The notes: generated by a model not told the origin, from the sequence alone. A DNA stretch of 64,000 nucleotides from an uncultured Elusimicrobiaceae bacterium (GCA_964415175.1 CAYPYG010000001.1:17975-81974); one strand, 5' to 3'; numbered from the stretch's first letter, positions 9,178 to 19,465 are shown. Made by a program: numbers and translations.

Positions 9178-10133
9178 CCGGCGTCTCGATAGTCATACCG
9201 GCCTACAACGCCGAGAGGACCCTCGCCCGCACGCTCGAAGCCTGCCGCGCGCAGTCCCTGCCCTGCGAGGTGGTCGTCGCCGACGACGGTTCGACCGACT
9301 CCACACCGGCCATAGCGGACCGTTTCGGGGTGAAGTACCTGCGCCAGGAGAACCGCGGCGCGGCCGCGGCCCGCAACCTCGGCTGGCGCGCCGCTTCCGG
9401 CCGCTACGTGCTTTTCACGGATTCGGACTGCGTGCCCGACAGGGACTGGGCCCTGACCCTGGTAAGGCTGCTCGACGAGGGCGCCGGGGCCGCCGGCGGC
9501 ACCTACACGCTGGCCAATCCGGAGAGCCTGACGGCGTCCTGCATCCATTACGAGATCCAGTACCGCCATGCCCGGCTGCCGCGCGAGGTCCGCTACCTCG
9601 GCTCCTTCAGCCTGGGCGCGCCCCGCGAGGTACTCGAAGCCCTGGGGGGTTTCGACGAGTCGTTCCGGATAGCCTGCGGGGAGGACTCCGACCTCACCTA
9701 CCGCATAGCCGCCTCGGGCCGGCGCCTGCTCTTCACGCGCGAGGCCCGCACTGGCCATTTCTTCCCGGAGAGCGCCCTCGGTTTCCTGCGCCAGCAGTTC
9801 TGGCGCGGCTACTGGATAATGAAGCTGGTCGCCAAACACCCCGGGCGCATCGGCAACGACGACTACAGCGGGAAGCGCGACGCCGTGCAGCCGCCGCTCT
9901 TCGCGCTCTCGGCCGTCTCGCTCCCTTTCTGCGCCGCCTTCGGCTGGATGCCGCACTGGCTCGCGCTGAACCTGGCCGCCTTCCTGCTCAACCTGCCGCC
10001 GGCCCTTTTCGCCGTGCGGGCTTCCGGTCAGGCCCGGCTGCTCTGGATGCTCCCCCTGCTCTATCTGCGGGGCTTCTGCTGGGCCGCCGGCTGCGCGGCC
10101 GGAACCGTGAAGTTCATCCTTCTGAAAAAATGA
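9174..10133 (+). CDS. Family 2 glycosyltransferase with C-terminal membrane segment
   Basis: VSIVIPAYNAE...VVADDGSTD...FTDSDC motifs. The GTG start overlaps the upstream stop (GTGA). Only the 3' third of track ORF 8139-10133 is credible. Confidence 0.75.
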   Translation: MTGVSIVIPAYNAERTLARTLEACRAQSLPCEVVVADDGSTDSTPAIADRFGVKYLRQENRGAAAARNLGWRAASGRYVLFTDSDCVPDRDWALTLVRLLDEGAGAAGGTYTLANPESLTASCIHYEIQYRHARLPREVRYLGSFSLGAPREVLEALGGFDESFRIACGEDSDLTYRIAASGRRLLFTREARTGHFFPESALGFLRQQFWRGYWIMKLVAKHPGRIGNDDYSGKRDAVQPPLFALSAVSLPFCAAFGWMPHWLALNLAAFLLNLPPALFAVRASGQARLLWMLPLLYLRGFCWAAGCAAGTVKFILLKK

Positions 10134-11776
10134 AGAACGACCCGCCCCTCAGTTCCTCCTCCGCCGCCCCGGCCGGCGCCTCCGCCCGCGGCCTCGTCTG
10201 GCTCGCCGTCGTCCTCCTGGCCGCGGCGGCGCTGCGCTTCCCGGCCGTCTTCTGGAAGCTGCCCGGCGGGACCACGCAGCTCAACACTTATAACAGCGAC
10301 GAGTACACCATCCTGGTCTCGATACAGGCGATGGACCCGGCCAGGCTCGATTTCAACCCCGTCAGCGAGAAGGACCCGCTGGCCCTGTCCGGCGGCACCT
10401 TCCACACCTATCTCTACGCCGCGGCGCTCAAGGCACTCTCGCTCACGGGCTGGCTGGAACTCACCACCGACAAGGAGTTCTACTATTCCCACCCGGAGGA
10501 ATGGGCCCGTTTCTACATAGCCGGGCGGACCCTCTCCGCCGTTTTCGGCCTCCTGACCATCTGGCTGGTCTACCTGCTGGGCCGCCGGACCTACGGCGGG
10601 ACCGCCGGGATCTTCGCCGCGCTGCTGCTGGCGGTGACGCCCTCCCATATCGTCTACTCGGCCTACATGGTCAAGAACGTCCCGGAGACCTTCTGGGCGG
10701 CCCTCTCGCTGTATTTCCTGTGGAAGGCGGCCGAGTCCGGCGGCGGCCGGGACTTCTTCCTGGGCGGGGCCTGCGCGGGACTGGCCACGGCCACGCGCTT
10801 CTCGTCGGCACCGCTGCTGGCGATGATACCGGCGGCCCTGCTGCTGAGGCCGGCCGGCGAGAGGTCCCCGGGCAAGGCCCTGGGGGCGGCCGGGGCCGCG
10901 CTGCTCTTCTTCCTGGTCACTTCCCCCTACACCATCCTCGACTATCCGAGCTTCATGAAGGGGATCGAACTGATAAAGACCGCGGCCTCCGGGGCCCGCC
11001 ACGCGGACGGCCCCCTGCAGAAGTTGTTCGCCGTCTCGCTCAACGCCGCCGAAGGGTTCGGGGTCCCGGTACTGCTGGCCGTCCTCTCCGGCGCGGGCCT
11101 CGCGGCGAAGGCGCGCACGCGCGCCGACAGGTTCGTCCTGGCCTGGGTGCTGCTGATGTCGCTCATCTTCTTCAAAGCGGGAAGGGAGTCCACGGCCGGG
11201 CGCATTCTCCCGCTCATGCCGCTGGCCGCGCTGCTGGGGGGCCGGTCCCTGGCGGCCGCGCTGCGCCGGCGGCCCGCCGCGGCCTGGCTGGCCCTGGCCC
11301 TGGTCCTGGCCCACGCCGCCGTCTTCAACGCGGAGCACCTGCGGCTGCGCGGGGCCCCGGAGATACGCGACCTTGCCTCCGGGTGGCTGGCGGAGAACCT
11401 CCCGCCGGGAAGCTCCATCGGCCTGGCGCGCGAACCCTCCTGGTTCAGCCCGGGCTTGGTCGAGCGGCATTACCGTCATCCGGACCACGGGCTGCTCAAC
11501 GGCGCCGCCCTCGTTTCCGTCTCTTCCAGCGACTGGGGTTCGAACGGGGACATAGACCTCCTGAAAGAGAAAAGACCCGACTTCGTCCTCCTCTCGGACC
11601 TGGAGGCGGAGTTCATAGGACGGCCCGCCGCTTTCCGGGAGATACTGGACGCCGGCTACTCGGAGGCGGCCTCTTTCTCCAGCTCCTTCTCCCGCGCGGC
11701 GGCCTGGCCGCTGCCCGGGAAACCGACCCCCATACTCTTTACCCCCGGCGAGATCAGGATCTTCCGCAGGGTCTGA
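10130..11776 (+). CDS. Polytopic GT-C glycosyltransferase (ArnT / PMT_2-like)
   Basis: Many TM helices with an ArnT/PMT_2-like N-terminal organisation and a soluble C-terminal domain; ATGA overlap upstream. Confidence 0.65.
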   Translation: MKNDPPLSSSSAAPAGASARGLVWLAVVLLAAAALRFPAVFWKLPGGTTQLNTYNSDEYTILVSIQAMDPARLDFNPVSEKDPLALSGGTFHTYLYAAALKALSLTGWLELTTDKEFYYSHPEEWARFYIAGRTLSAVFGLLTIWLVYLLGRRTYGGTAGIFAALLLAVTPSHIVYSAYMVKNVPETFWAALSLYFLWKAAESGGGRDFFLGGACAGLATATRFSSAPLLAMIPAALLLRPAGERSPGKALGAAGAALLFFLVTSPYTILDYPSFMKGIELIKTAASGARHADGPLQKLFAVSLNAAEGFGVPVLLAVLSGAGLAAKARTRADRFVLAWVLLMSLIFFKAGRESTAGRILPLMPLAALLGGRSLAAALRRRPAAAWLALALVLAHAAVFNAEHLRLRGAPEIRDLASGWLAENLPPGSSIGLAREPSWFSPGLVERHYRHPDHGLLNGAALVSVSSSDWGSNGDIDLLKEKRPDFVLLSDLEAEFIGRPAAFREILDAGYSEAASFSSSFSRAAAWPLPGKPTPILFTPGEIRIFRRV

Positions 11777-11897
11777 CGGCCCGCGGCGCCGGCCTCCCCC
11801 CTCCATCCCTATTTGATACAATCTGTTGTCCGGGACGCGCTTTTTCCGCCGCCGTCCCCGGATACCGCGATGTCGCCGGAACGATGACGGACTCCGA

Positions 11898-13352
11898 ATG
11901 GGCCGCAATAAAAGAATAATTTTCGTAAATCCGCCTCTTTCCATAGAGGACCGCTACGGCGTAAAGCACCAGAGCGGCGGTCAGACACCGCCCCTGGGCC
12001 TGCTGTGCCTGGCCACCATGGCGCGGGAGAAAGGTTTCGACGCTTCGATACTGGACGCGGCCGCGCTGAAACTGGGATACCGGGAGACCGTCGGCGCCAT
12101 ACTGGAACGGGCCCCCGGCTGCGTCGGGATAACCGCGGTCACCATCTCCATAGCTCACGCGGCCGAGCTGGCCGCCCGGCTGAAAAAGGCCGACCCCGGC
12201 CTGGTGGTCATGATAGGGGGTCCCCATCTCACGGCCCTGCCCGCTGAGACCATGGAACGATACCCGCAGTTCGACCTCGGGGTCGTCGGCGAGGCGGACC
12301 ATACCATCGTGGAACTGCTGGAGGCGCTGGAGTCCGGCCGGGACTTCTCGCAGGTGAAGGGCCTCATCCTGCGCACGCCGGCCGGTACGGTCAGGACCGC
12401 GCCGAGGGAGCGCGTCGGGAAAATGGACGAGCTGCCCATGCCGGCCTGGGAACTGCTGCCGGACCTGACGCGGTATTACTGCCCGCCCGTGCATACGCTC
12501 AAGCGGATACCCGCCGCCCTGCTGGTGGCCTCGCGGGGCTGCCCGGGCAAATGCACCTTCTGCGACCGCAGCGTGTTCGGGAACGTCCTGCGGGCCTACA
12601 GCGCGCGCTACACTTTCGAGATGATAAAGGAGCTCTACCACAGGCACGGCGTGCGCGAGATACAGCTCCGCGACGACAATTTCACCGCCTACCGCGGCCG
12701 CACGCTGGAGCTCTGCGCGCTGCTCAGGGAGGCCCGGCTGGACCTGGTCTGGACCTGCGCGGGCAGGGTGGACATGGTTAACCCGGAGCTGCTCCGGGCC
12801 ATGAAGGAGGCCGGCTGCTGGCAGATCTGGTACGGCGTGGAGAGCGGCTCCGACGAGATCCTCGCGCGCATAATGAAGAACACCACCACGCGCCAGGTCC
12901 GCGACGCCGTGCGCATGACCCGCGAAGCCGGCATAAGCCCCTGCGGCTTCTTCATGCTGGGCCATCCCGGCGAAACGCCGGCCACGCTGGAAAGCACCAT
13001 CCGCTTTTCCAGGGAACTGCCCCTGGACGAGGCCCATTTCTCGTTCACGACCCCCTTTCCCGGCTCCTGGCTCTACGATCACGCGGAGGAATACGGGACC
13101 TTCGACAGGGACTGGAGCCGGCTCAACGGCTGGCTGCCCGTTTTCGTGCCGCGCGGGCTGACGGCCGCCGCGCTCGAGGCCGCTTCCAAGCGGGCCTTCC
13201 GCGGCTTCTACTTCCGGCCGAGGATAATCCTGTCCTACCTCCTCAGGATACGCAGCCTCAGGCACGCCGCCATCTATTCCAGGGGATTCATGGCGCTGCT
13301 GGAGTGGCTGTTCAAGAGCAGGCGCCCGGGCAAAGGCGGGGCGCGGGACTGA
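11898..13352 (+). CDS. Cobalamin-binding-domain (class B) radical SAM protein, paralog 1
   Basis: N-terminal B12-binding-like domain; SRGCPGKCTFC cluster motif. ATG 11898 is preferred over the track start 11826. Confidence 0.8.
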   Translation: MGRNKRIIFVNPPLSIEDRYGVKHQSGGQTPPLGLLCLATMAREKGFDASILDAAALKLGYRETVGAILERAPGCVGITAVTISIAHAAELAARLKKADPGLVVMIGGPHLTALPAETMERYPQFDLGVVGEADHTIVELLEALESGRDFSQVKGLILRTPAGTVRTAPRERVGKMDELPMPAWELLPDLTRYYCPPVHTLKRIPAALLVASRGCPGKCTFCDRSVFGNVLRAYSARYTFEMIKELYHRHGVREIQLRDDNFTAYRGRTLELCALLREARLDLVWTCAGRVDMVNPELLRAMKEAGCWQIWYGVESGSDEILARIMKNTTTRQVRDAVRMTREAGISPCGFFMLGHPGETPATLESTIRFSRELPLDEAHFSFTTPFPGSWLYDHAEEYGTFDRDWSRLNGWLPVFVPRGLTAAALEAASKRAFRGFYFRPRIILSYLLRIRSLRHAAIYSRGFMALLEWLFKSRRPGKGGARD

Positions 13353-14774
13353 ATGGCGAAACTCCTCTTCCTCCAGAACATCGAGTACGAGTTCCTCGGT
13401 CCGATGTACATCTCCGCGGCCGTGAAGCGCAGGCACGCCTGCGAGCTGGCGCTGGGCGGCGGGCCCGAGGATTTCTACGCCGTCATGGAGTCGTTCAGGC
13501 CGGACGTGATAGCCTTCTCCATCATGACCGGCTCCCACCGCTGGGCCAGGGAGACGGCGAAAGCGCTGAAAGCCCGGTACCGGACGCTCTCGCTCTTCGG
13601 CGGCGCGCATCCGACCTTCTTCCCCGAGTTCGTCGAGGAGGAAGGCGTCGACGTCATCTGCAGGGGCGAGGGAGAGGACGCCGTCCTGGACCTGCTGGAC
13701 GCGCTGGACGCCGGCAAGGACATCTCCGGCATCGCCAACCTCCACGTGAAGACCGGCGGCGCAGTAACGAGGAACCCGGTGCGGCCGCTGCGCGCCGACC
13801 TCGACGAGTACCCCTTCCCTGACCGCGCGCTCTACCGCGCGCTGGGGGCCGTCGCCGACCGCAGCGTCAGGAACGTCATAACCTCGCGCGGCTGCCCCTT
13901 CCACTGCACCTTCTGCTTCGAGGACAGCATAAGGCTGCTCTACAGCGGCAAGGGCCGGCACGTGCGGGTGAGGGACCAGGACAGGGTGATAGAGGAACTG
14001 CGGGGCCTCAAGGAGGCCGGCGAGGTCCGGACCGTCTATTTCTGCGACGACGTCTTCGGGCTGGACAAGCGCTGGCTTTACGGCTTCCTCGACAGGTACA
14101 AGCGCGAGATAGGCCTCGATTTCCTCTGCCTGGCGCGGGCGGACATAATAAGCGCCAATCCCGATTACGCCCGCCGTCTCAGGGACGCCGGCTGCAGGAG
14201 CGTTTTCTTCGGCATCGAGACCGGCTCGGAGACGCTGCGCAACAAGGTCCTCGGGAAAGGCGTGAAGGACGCCGACATCTACAAGGCCGCCGCGCTGCTG
14301 CACGAAGCCGGCATCACTTTCAGGACCTACAATATCGTCGGGCTGCCGGACGAGACGCTCGAGGACGCCCTCGGGACCATCAGGATGAACGTCCGGATAA
14401 AGGCCGATTACCCCTGGTGCTCCATCTTCTCCCCCTATCCACGCACGGCCCTCACGGCCTACGCCCAGGAGCGGGGCTACCTGGAAAAGGACTTCAGCCC
14501 GGACTCCATCTCCTCCTCCTTCTTCATAGACTCCAGGCTCAGGATGCCGGACATACGCAGGCTCGAGAACCTGCACAAGTTCTTCCAGACCGCCGTGATC
14601 TGGCCCTGGACCCTGCCGCTGGTGAAACTCCTGATAAAACTGCCGCCCAACCCGCTGTTCAACCTATGGTTCGGCGCCGTATATTTTTATATATTCCTAA
14701 AGAGCGAAAAGCGGAGTTTTTTCAGGACCTGCGTCTTCGCGCTCAAGAACTACGGCCACCTCCTGAAAAAATAG
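13353..14774 (+). CDS. Cobalamin-binding-domain (class B) radical SAM protein, paralog 2, with hydrophobic C-terminal tail
   Basis: SRGCPFHCTFC motif; starts 1 nt after the preceding stop. Confidence 0.8.
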   Translation: MAKLLFLQNIEYEFLGPMYISAAVKRRHACELALGGGPEDFYAVMESFRPDVIAFSIMTGSHRWARETAKALKARYRTLSLFGGAHPTFFPEFVEEEGVDVICRGEGEDAVLDLLDALDAGKDISGIANLHVKTGGAVTRNPVRPLRADLDEYPFPDRALYRALGAVADRSVRNVITSRGCPFHCTFCFEDSIRLLYSGKGRHVRVRDQDRVIEELRGLKEAGEVRTVYFCDDVFGLDKRWLYGFLDRYKREIGLDFLCLARADIISANPDYARRLRDAGCRSVFFGIETGSETLRNKVLGKGVKDADIYKAAALLHEAGITFRTYNIVGLPDETLEDALGTIRMNVRIKADYPWCSIFSPYPRTALTAYAQERGYLEKDFSPDSISSSFFIDSRLRMPDIRRLENLHKFFQTAVIWPWTLPLVKLLIKLPPNPLFNLWFGAVYFYIFLKSEKRSFFRTCVFALKNYGHLLKK

Positions 14775-14792
14775 GCGGCGCGGGACCCGGAA

Positions 14793-15962
14793 ATGATGAA
14801 CATAAACCTCCTTAAATTCCTGGACAAGTACGCCGGCCTGCCCCTCTGCCTGCTGCTGACCGTCCTGACCCGCCTGTCCGGCCGGGAAACCCCCTCCCTG
14901 CGCGGGGAGGAGATACGCAAGACGCTGGCCATGAAGTTCTTCGGCATGGGCAGCATACTACTGCTGGCCCCGACCCTGGCGGAGTTCAGGAAGACCTATC
15001 CCGGCTCCAGGCTCGTCTTCCTTACCCTGGGCAGGAACCGGGAGATAAGCCGGGCGCTGGGACTTTTCGACGAGATCGTCACCCTGGACATAGACGGGGG
15101 CTGGGCCGCCTTCGCGGGGTCTTTCGCGTCCGTCATGCGGTACCTCTGGAAGGAACGCTTCGACCTGGTCCTGGACTTCGAGTTCTTCACCCGTTTCTCG
15201 GCGATAGTCTCGTTCTTCACTTTCGCCGGGATCAAGGTGGGCTATCACGCCTGGGAGACCTGGCGGGGCGGCATACACACCATAAGGGTCCCGTTCAACA
15301 GGTACTGGCACATAAGCGACAGCTTTTACGCCCTCGGCACCCACATAGGCCTGCCCAGAAAAGAGAAACTGGAGCCGGTCCGGCCCGTCGTGGACCAGGC
15401 GGACCGCGACGCCGTGAAAGAGCTGCTCGGGGCGGGCGGGGTCTCCGGCGCGTACGTCTGCGCCTATGTCAGCGCGGGGGACCTGAGCGTGGAACGCCGC
15501 TGGCCGGCCGACAGCTTCGCCCGCCTGCTCGGAGGCCTCCTGGAGCGCGGAGGCCCCCCTATCGTACTGACCGGGTCCGGCAAAGAGGTGCCCTATGTCC
15601 GGGAGATGCGCCGCCGGCTGAACGACCCGCGCGTGCTGGACCTCTCCGGCAGGCTTTCCGTCACGCAGCTGGCAGCCCTGCTGGAGGGCGCGGAACTCAT
15701 GATCTCCAACGACGGAGGCCCCCTCCACCTGGCCGCCGCCATGGGGACCCGCACCGTCTCCTTCTTCGGGCCGGAAACGCCGGTCATGTACGGTCCCCTG
15801 GGAGAAGGGCACTCGGTCTTCTTCAAGGGCATAGAGTGCAGCCCGTGCATAAACGTCCACGACCGCAAATCCGTGCGCTGCTACTGGACCGAGCCGAAGT
15901 GCATGCAGGCCATAGACCCGGAAGAAGTCCTCGCAGAGGTCGAAAAAAAACTCGCCAGATGA
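14793..15962 (+). CDS. Family 9 glycosyltransferase (heptosyltransferase-like)
   Basis: C-terminal LSVTQLAALLEGAELMISNDGGPLHLAAAMGTRTVSFFGP is typical of GT9. Confidence 0.8.
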   Translation: MMNINLLKFLDKYAGLPLCLLLTVLTRLSGRETPSLRGEEIRKTLAMKFFGMGSILLLAPTLAEFRKTYPGSRLVFLTLGRNREISRALGLFDEIVTLDIDGGWAAFAGSFASVMRYLWKERFDLVLDFEFFTRFSAIVSFFTFAGIKVGYHAWETWRGGIHTIRVPFNRYWHISDSFYALGTHIGLPRKEKLEPVRPVVDQADRDAVKELLGAGGVSGAYVCAYVSAGDLSVERRWPADSFARLLGGLLERGGPPIVLTGSGKEVPYVREMRRRLNDPRVLDLSGRLSVTQLAALLEGAELMISNDGGPLHLAAAMGTRTVSFFGPETPVMYGPLGEGHSVFFKGIECSPCINVHDRKSVRCYWTEPKCMQAIDPEEVLAEVEKKLAR

Positions 15963-17356
15963 AAAAAGTACTCCTGCTCAACCCTCCCGGCGAACGCCTC
16001 TACATCCGCGACTATTTCTGCAGCAAGGTCTCACAGGCCGACTACCTGACCCACCCGGTGGACTTCGTCGTCCTGAGCGGCATACTGGCCGGCGAGTACG
16101 AGGTCGGGCTCGTCGACGCCATCGCCGAGAAGCTTTCGCCCGAAAGGGCGCTGGAGGCGATACGCCGCTTCGACCCCTTCGCCGTGATCTGCCTGTTCGG
16201 CTCGGTCAGCCTGCCCGAGGACCTGGCCTTCGCGGCCAGGGTACGGTCGGCCTGCCCGGACGCCAGGCTGGTGGGAATAGGCGACGTTTTCCGCGAAGGC
16301 GGCGGCAAATACCTCGGCCCGGCGTCCCCCCTCGACGCCCTGCTCCTCGATTTCGCCGCCCCGGACATCCTCTCCTACCTGAGAGGCGATCCCGCGTCGG
16401 CGGCCAATATGCTGATACGCTCGGGGAGCGAAGTACTTCCTCTCCGGCAGGGGACCCCCGGTCCCCGCTTCGAGATACCGGTGCCCCGCCACGAACTCTT
16501 CTCCGGCCGCGGTTACCGCCACCCTTTCGTCAGGAGCAGGCGCTTCGCCACCGTGCTGACCGATTACGGCTGCCCTTTCCACTGCAGCTTCTGCGTGATG
16601 GGCACGCTGGGCTTCAGGTCCCGCGCGCCGGAGTCCGTCATGGCGGAACTGGAGCATATCAGAAGCCTGGGGATCACCGAGGTGCTCTTCCACACCCAGA
16701 CCTTCGGCGCGCGGAAGGACGAGGCCAGGGAGCTCTGCCGCCTGATGATAAGCGCCGGCCTCGGGCTGGGCTGGACCTGTTTCTCCAGGGTCGACGTGGC
16801 GGACCCGGATCTGCTCTCGCTGATGCGGGAGGCCGGCTGCCATACCGTCATCTTCGGGGTGGAGTCCGGCTCCGACGAGATACTGAAGAAGTACGGCAAG
16901 GGCTACACGCGCGGACAGGTAGTGTCGGCCGTCGATCATTGCGCCGCCATAGGCATAGAGACGGTCGGGACCTTCATCCTGGGCCTCCCGGAAGAGACCC
17001 ACGCCACGATGCGGGAGACCCTGGACCTGCTGCGCGCGATAAAGCTCGATTACGCCTCCATAAACGTGGCGGTCCCGCGGATGGGGACCCCGCTAAGGGA
17101 GGAGGCCATCGCCCACGGGCTGGTGGACGGGGATTTCGCGGTGATGGACCAGTCCGGGGCGGAGGTGGCCATGGGCAGCAGGTCGCTCTCCCGGGAGGAG
17201 ATAGCGGAGTACCGCAGGCGCGCCGTCTCGGCCTTTTATTTCAATACGCGCTATATCCTCAGGCGCCTGGCCCGGGTCAGGTCGCTCTACGATCTGACGC
17301 GCCAGGTGAAGCAGGCCGCCGCCCTGGCGGCCAATACCTGGTTCGGGGAGAAATGA
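15959..17356 (+). CDS. Cobalamin-binding-domain (class B) radical SAM protein, paralog 3
   Basis: DYGCPFHCSFC motif. ATG 15959 overlaps the GT9 stop (ATGA); the track start 15836 is an extension. Confidence 0.8.
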   Translation: MKKVLLLNPPGERLYIRDYFCSKVSQADYLTHPVDFVVLSGILAGEYEVGLVDAIAEKLSPERALEAIRRFDPFAVICLFGSVSLPEDLAFAARVRSACPDARLVGIGDVFREGGGKYLGPASPLDALLLDFAAPDILSYLRGDPASAANMLIRSGSEVLPLRQGTPGPRFEIPVPRHELFSGRGYRHPFVRSRRFATVLTDYGCPFHCSFCVMGTLGFRSRAPESVMAELEHIRSLGITEVLFHTQTFGARKDEARELCRLMISAGLGLGWTCFSRVDVADPDLLSLMREAGCHTVIFGVESGSDEILKKYGKGYTRGQVVSAVDHCAAIGIETVGTFILGLPEETHATMRETLDLLRAIKLDYASINVAVPRMGTPLREEAIAHGLVDGDFAVMDQSGAEVAMGSRSLSREEIAEYRRRAVSAFYFNTRYILRRLARVRSLYDLTRQVKQAAALAANTWFGEK

Positions 17357-17357
17357 G

Positions 17358-18569
17358 ATGAACGCCAGGGCCGGGCTTTACGTCTTCCTCGCCGCGCTGG
17401 CGCTGCGCCTCGGCCTGCTGTTCGGCGCGCCGTCCATACCCGAGGCCTACGAGCGCTTCGACGCCAGGGCCTACGAGGCCGTGGCGGTGAACCTGATGCG
17501 GGGCAACGGCTTCGTCGAGGCGCCGGGCCGCCCCACCGACGGCCGCCCGCCGGTCTATCCCCTGTTCCTGGCCGCGGTCTATTCGGTCACGGGCCACAGC
17601 GAATTCGCCGTGAGGCTGCTACAGTGCTTCATCGACTCGGGCAGCGCCGTCCTCCTCATGACCCTGACCGGCCTTATCTTCCCGCCCGCCGCCGCGCTGG
17701 GGGCGGGACTCCTGGCGGCGGCCTACCCGCCGTTCATACTTTACAGCAACGTGCGCCTGACCGAATGTCTTTTCATGTTCCTTTTCCTCTGGGAATGCCT
17801 GCTGCTGACCAGGGCCTTCAGGGAGGGAGACAACCGCAGGTTCGCCCTGGCCGGCATACTGCACGGCGTCGCCGTCCTCGTCAGGGCGCCGACGCTGCTT
17901 TTCCCCCTCTTCCTGCTGCCCGTCGTGCTCTTCAAACGCTTCCGCGGCCTGCTGAAGGGGTTCGTCCTTTACGCGGTGATAAGCACCGCCCTGATATCCG
18001 TCTGGACGGTGCGCAACTATTACGCCCACGGCGGCTTCCTGGCGGTCAATACCGGCAGCGGCTGGCTGATGTGGTACGCCATACAGGACGACGCCTGGGA
18101 CGGCGACAGGATACGGGAGCTCAGCCCGCTGCGCGAATACCCGGAGCTGGCGGGGCTGCCCCGCCACGAGATGGAGAGCATAGTCGGCAGGAAGGTGATG
18201 AAGTACGCGCTCACCCATCCCGTCGATTATTCGCTGAAACTGGCCCGGAACTTCCGCCGCCTGTGGACCCTCCCGATAGGCAAAGTGATGATCTCCGATA
18301 TCTCACCGCTCTACGGCGCGCTCTACCAGGCGGCCCATTACCTCCTGCTCGCCGCGGCCCTCTGCGGGTTCTTCCTGGTCACGAAGTCGAATATCATCCC
18401 CCTCCTGCCCGCGCTGCTCTACCTGGCCTACGTCTCGCTCATGCACAGCGTGATCCTCGGTACCCCCAGGTACCGCCTGCCCTACGATCACTTCATGCTC
18501 ATGTTCTGCGCCGCCGGGCTGGTCTTCCTCCGCGGCGCCGCCGGGAAACCGAAGGGGACCGCCAGGTGA
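17358..18569 (+). CDS. Polytopic GT-C glycosyltransferase (ArnT / PMT_2-like), second copy
   Basis: About 10 TM helices; N-terminal region resembles ArnT/PMT_2-family enzymes. Confidence 0.65.
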   Translation: MNARAGLYVFLAALALRLGLLFGAPSIPEAYERFDARAYEAVAVNLMRGNGFVEAPGRPTDGRPPVYPLFLAAVYSVTGHSEFAVRLLQCFIDSGSAVLLMTLTGLIFPPAAALGAGLLAAAYPPFILYSNVRLTECLFMFLFLWECLLLTRAFREGDNRRFALAGILHGVAVLVRAPTLLFPLFLLPVVLFKRFRGLLKGFVLYAVISTALISVWTVRNYYAHGGFLAVNTGSGWLMWYAIQDDAWDGDRIRELSPLREYPELAGLPRHEMESIVGRKVMKYALTHPVDYSLKLARNFRRLWTLPIGKVMISDISPLYGALYQAAHYLLLAAALCGFFLVTKSNIIPLLPALLYLAYVSLMHSVILGTPRYRLPYDHFMLMFCAAGLVFLRGAAGKPKGTAR

Positions 18570-19429
18570 ACTGCCCGGTCTGCGGGTCCGGTCCGCTGAA
18601 GAGGGGCCGCGCGCTGGGCGCCGGCTTCCTGCACTCCTGCCTGTCCTGCACCGCGCGCTTCATAAGCCCGCAGCCGACGGACGCGGAGCTCAAGGACATG
18701 TACGGCGAGGGCTATTACGGCTCCTGGGGCCTCTCCGGCGGCGGGGAGCAGGACGCGCTCAAGGCCATGAAGACCGCCACCTTCGGGCTCCGGCTGGACC
18801 TGATCTCCCGTTATAAGACGGCCGGCGACATACTCGACGTGGGCTGCGCCACCGGCTTTTTCATGGAGGCCGCCGAGAAAAGGGGCTTCCGCGCCTACGG
18901 CGTCGAGATCTCCGATTATTCCAGCGCGGCGGCCGCGGCCAAGTTCGGCGCCGGAAGGGTGCACCACGGCGTCCTGGAGGACTGCCCTTTCCCGGAAAAG
19001 AGTTTCGACGCCATCGCGATGTCCGACCTGCTGGAGCACGTGCGGGACCCGCTGCGCACGCTGGCCGCCGCGCGCAGGCTGCTCCGGGACGACGGCATGA
19101 TCATGATAATGACGCCGGACACCGGTTCGCTCACGGCCAGGCTGATGGGCGCGAGATGGACGCACTACAAGCCGGAGCACCTGTTCTACTTCAACAGGCG
19201 CTCCCTCTCGCTGCTGGCGAAGAAGTCCGGCTTCGAGGCCGTGCGCTTCGAGGCCGCCCGGAAGGCGATGAACCTGGAGTACCTGCGCACCCAGTTCGCG
19301 GCTTATCCTCACCCGCTCCTCACCCCGGCCAGCGCCCTCCTGGCGCGGATAACGCCGCGCGGAGCGAGGTCCGGCAATTTTTTCCTGACCATGGGGGAGA
19401 TGACGGCCGTACTGCGGCCCTCGAGCTGA
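18566..19429 (+). CDS. Class I SAM-dependent methyltransferase with N-terminal Cys4 zinc-ribbon-like motif
   Basis: CPVCGS...CLSC motif; ILDVGCATGFF SAM motif I. The GTG start overlaps the upstream stop (GTGA). Confidence 0.75.
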   Translation: MNCPVCGSGPLKRGRALGAGFLHSCLSCTARFISPQPTDAELKDMYGEGYYGSWGLSGGGEQDALKAMKTATFGLRLDLISRYKTAGDILDVGCATGFFMEAAEKRGFRAYGVEISDYSSAAAAAKFGAGRVHHGVLEDCPFPEKSFDAIAMSDLLEHVRDPLRTLAAARRLLRDDGMIMIMTPDTGSLTARLMGARWTHYKPEHLFYFNRRSLSLLAKKSGFEAVRFEAARKAMNLEYLRTQFAAYPHPLLTPASALLARITPRGARSGNFFLTMGEMTAVLRPSS

Positions 19430-19465
19430 AGGACCCGGCGCCGTTCCCGGCGCGAAAATGATAGT

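Noticed and set aside
11754-14576. 940-aa minus-strand ORF antisense to two radical SAM genes. Similar long alternate-frame ORFs lie at 968-2719, 2587-3807, 4939-5769, 5627-6820, 10061-11944, 25920-28334, 32645-35179 and 47920-49779 (upstream part).
   Set aside because: These are high-GC shadow ORFs. Their translations are low-complexity and R/G/P/A-rich, with no recognisable motifs. Each overlaps a gene on another frame or strand that has clear family signatures and sensible start/stop coupling.
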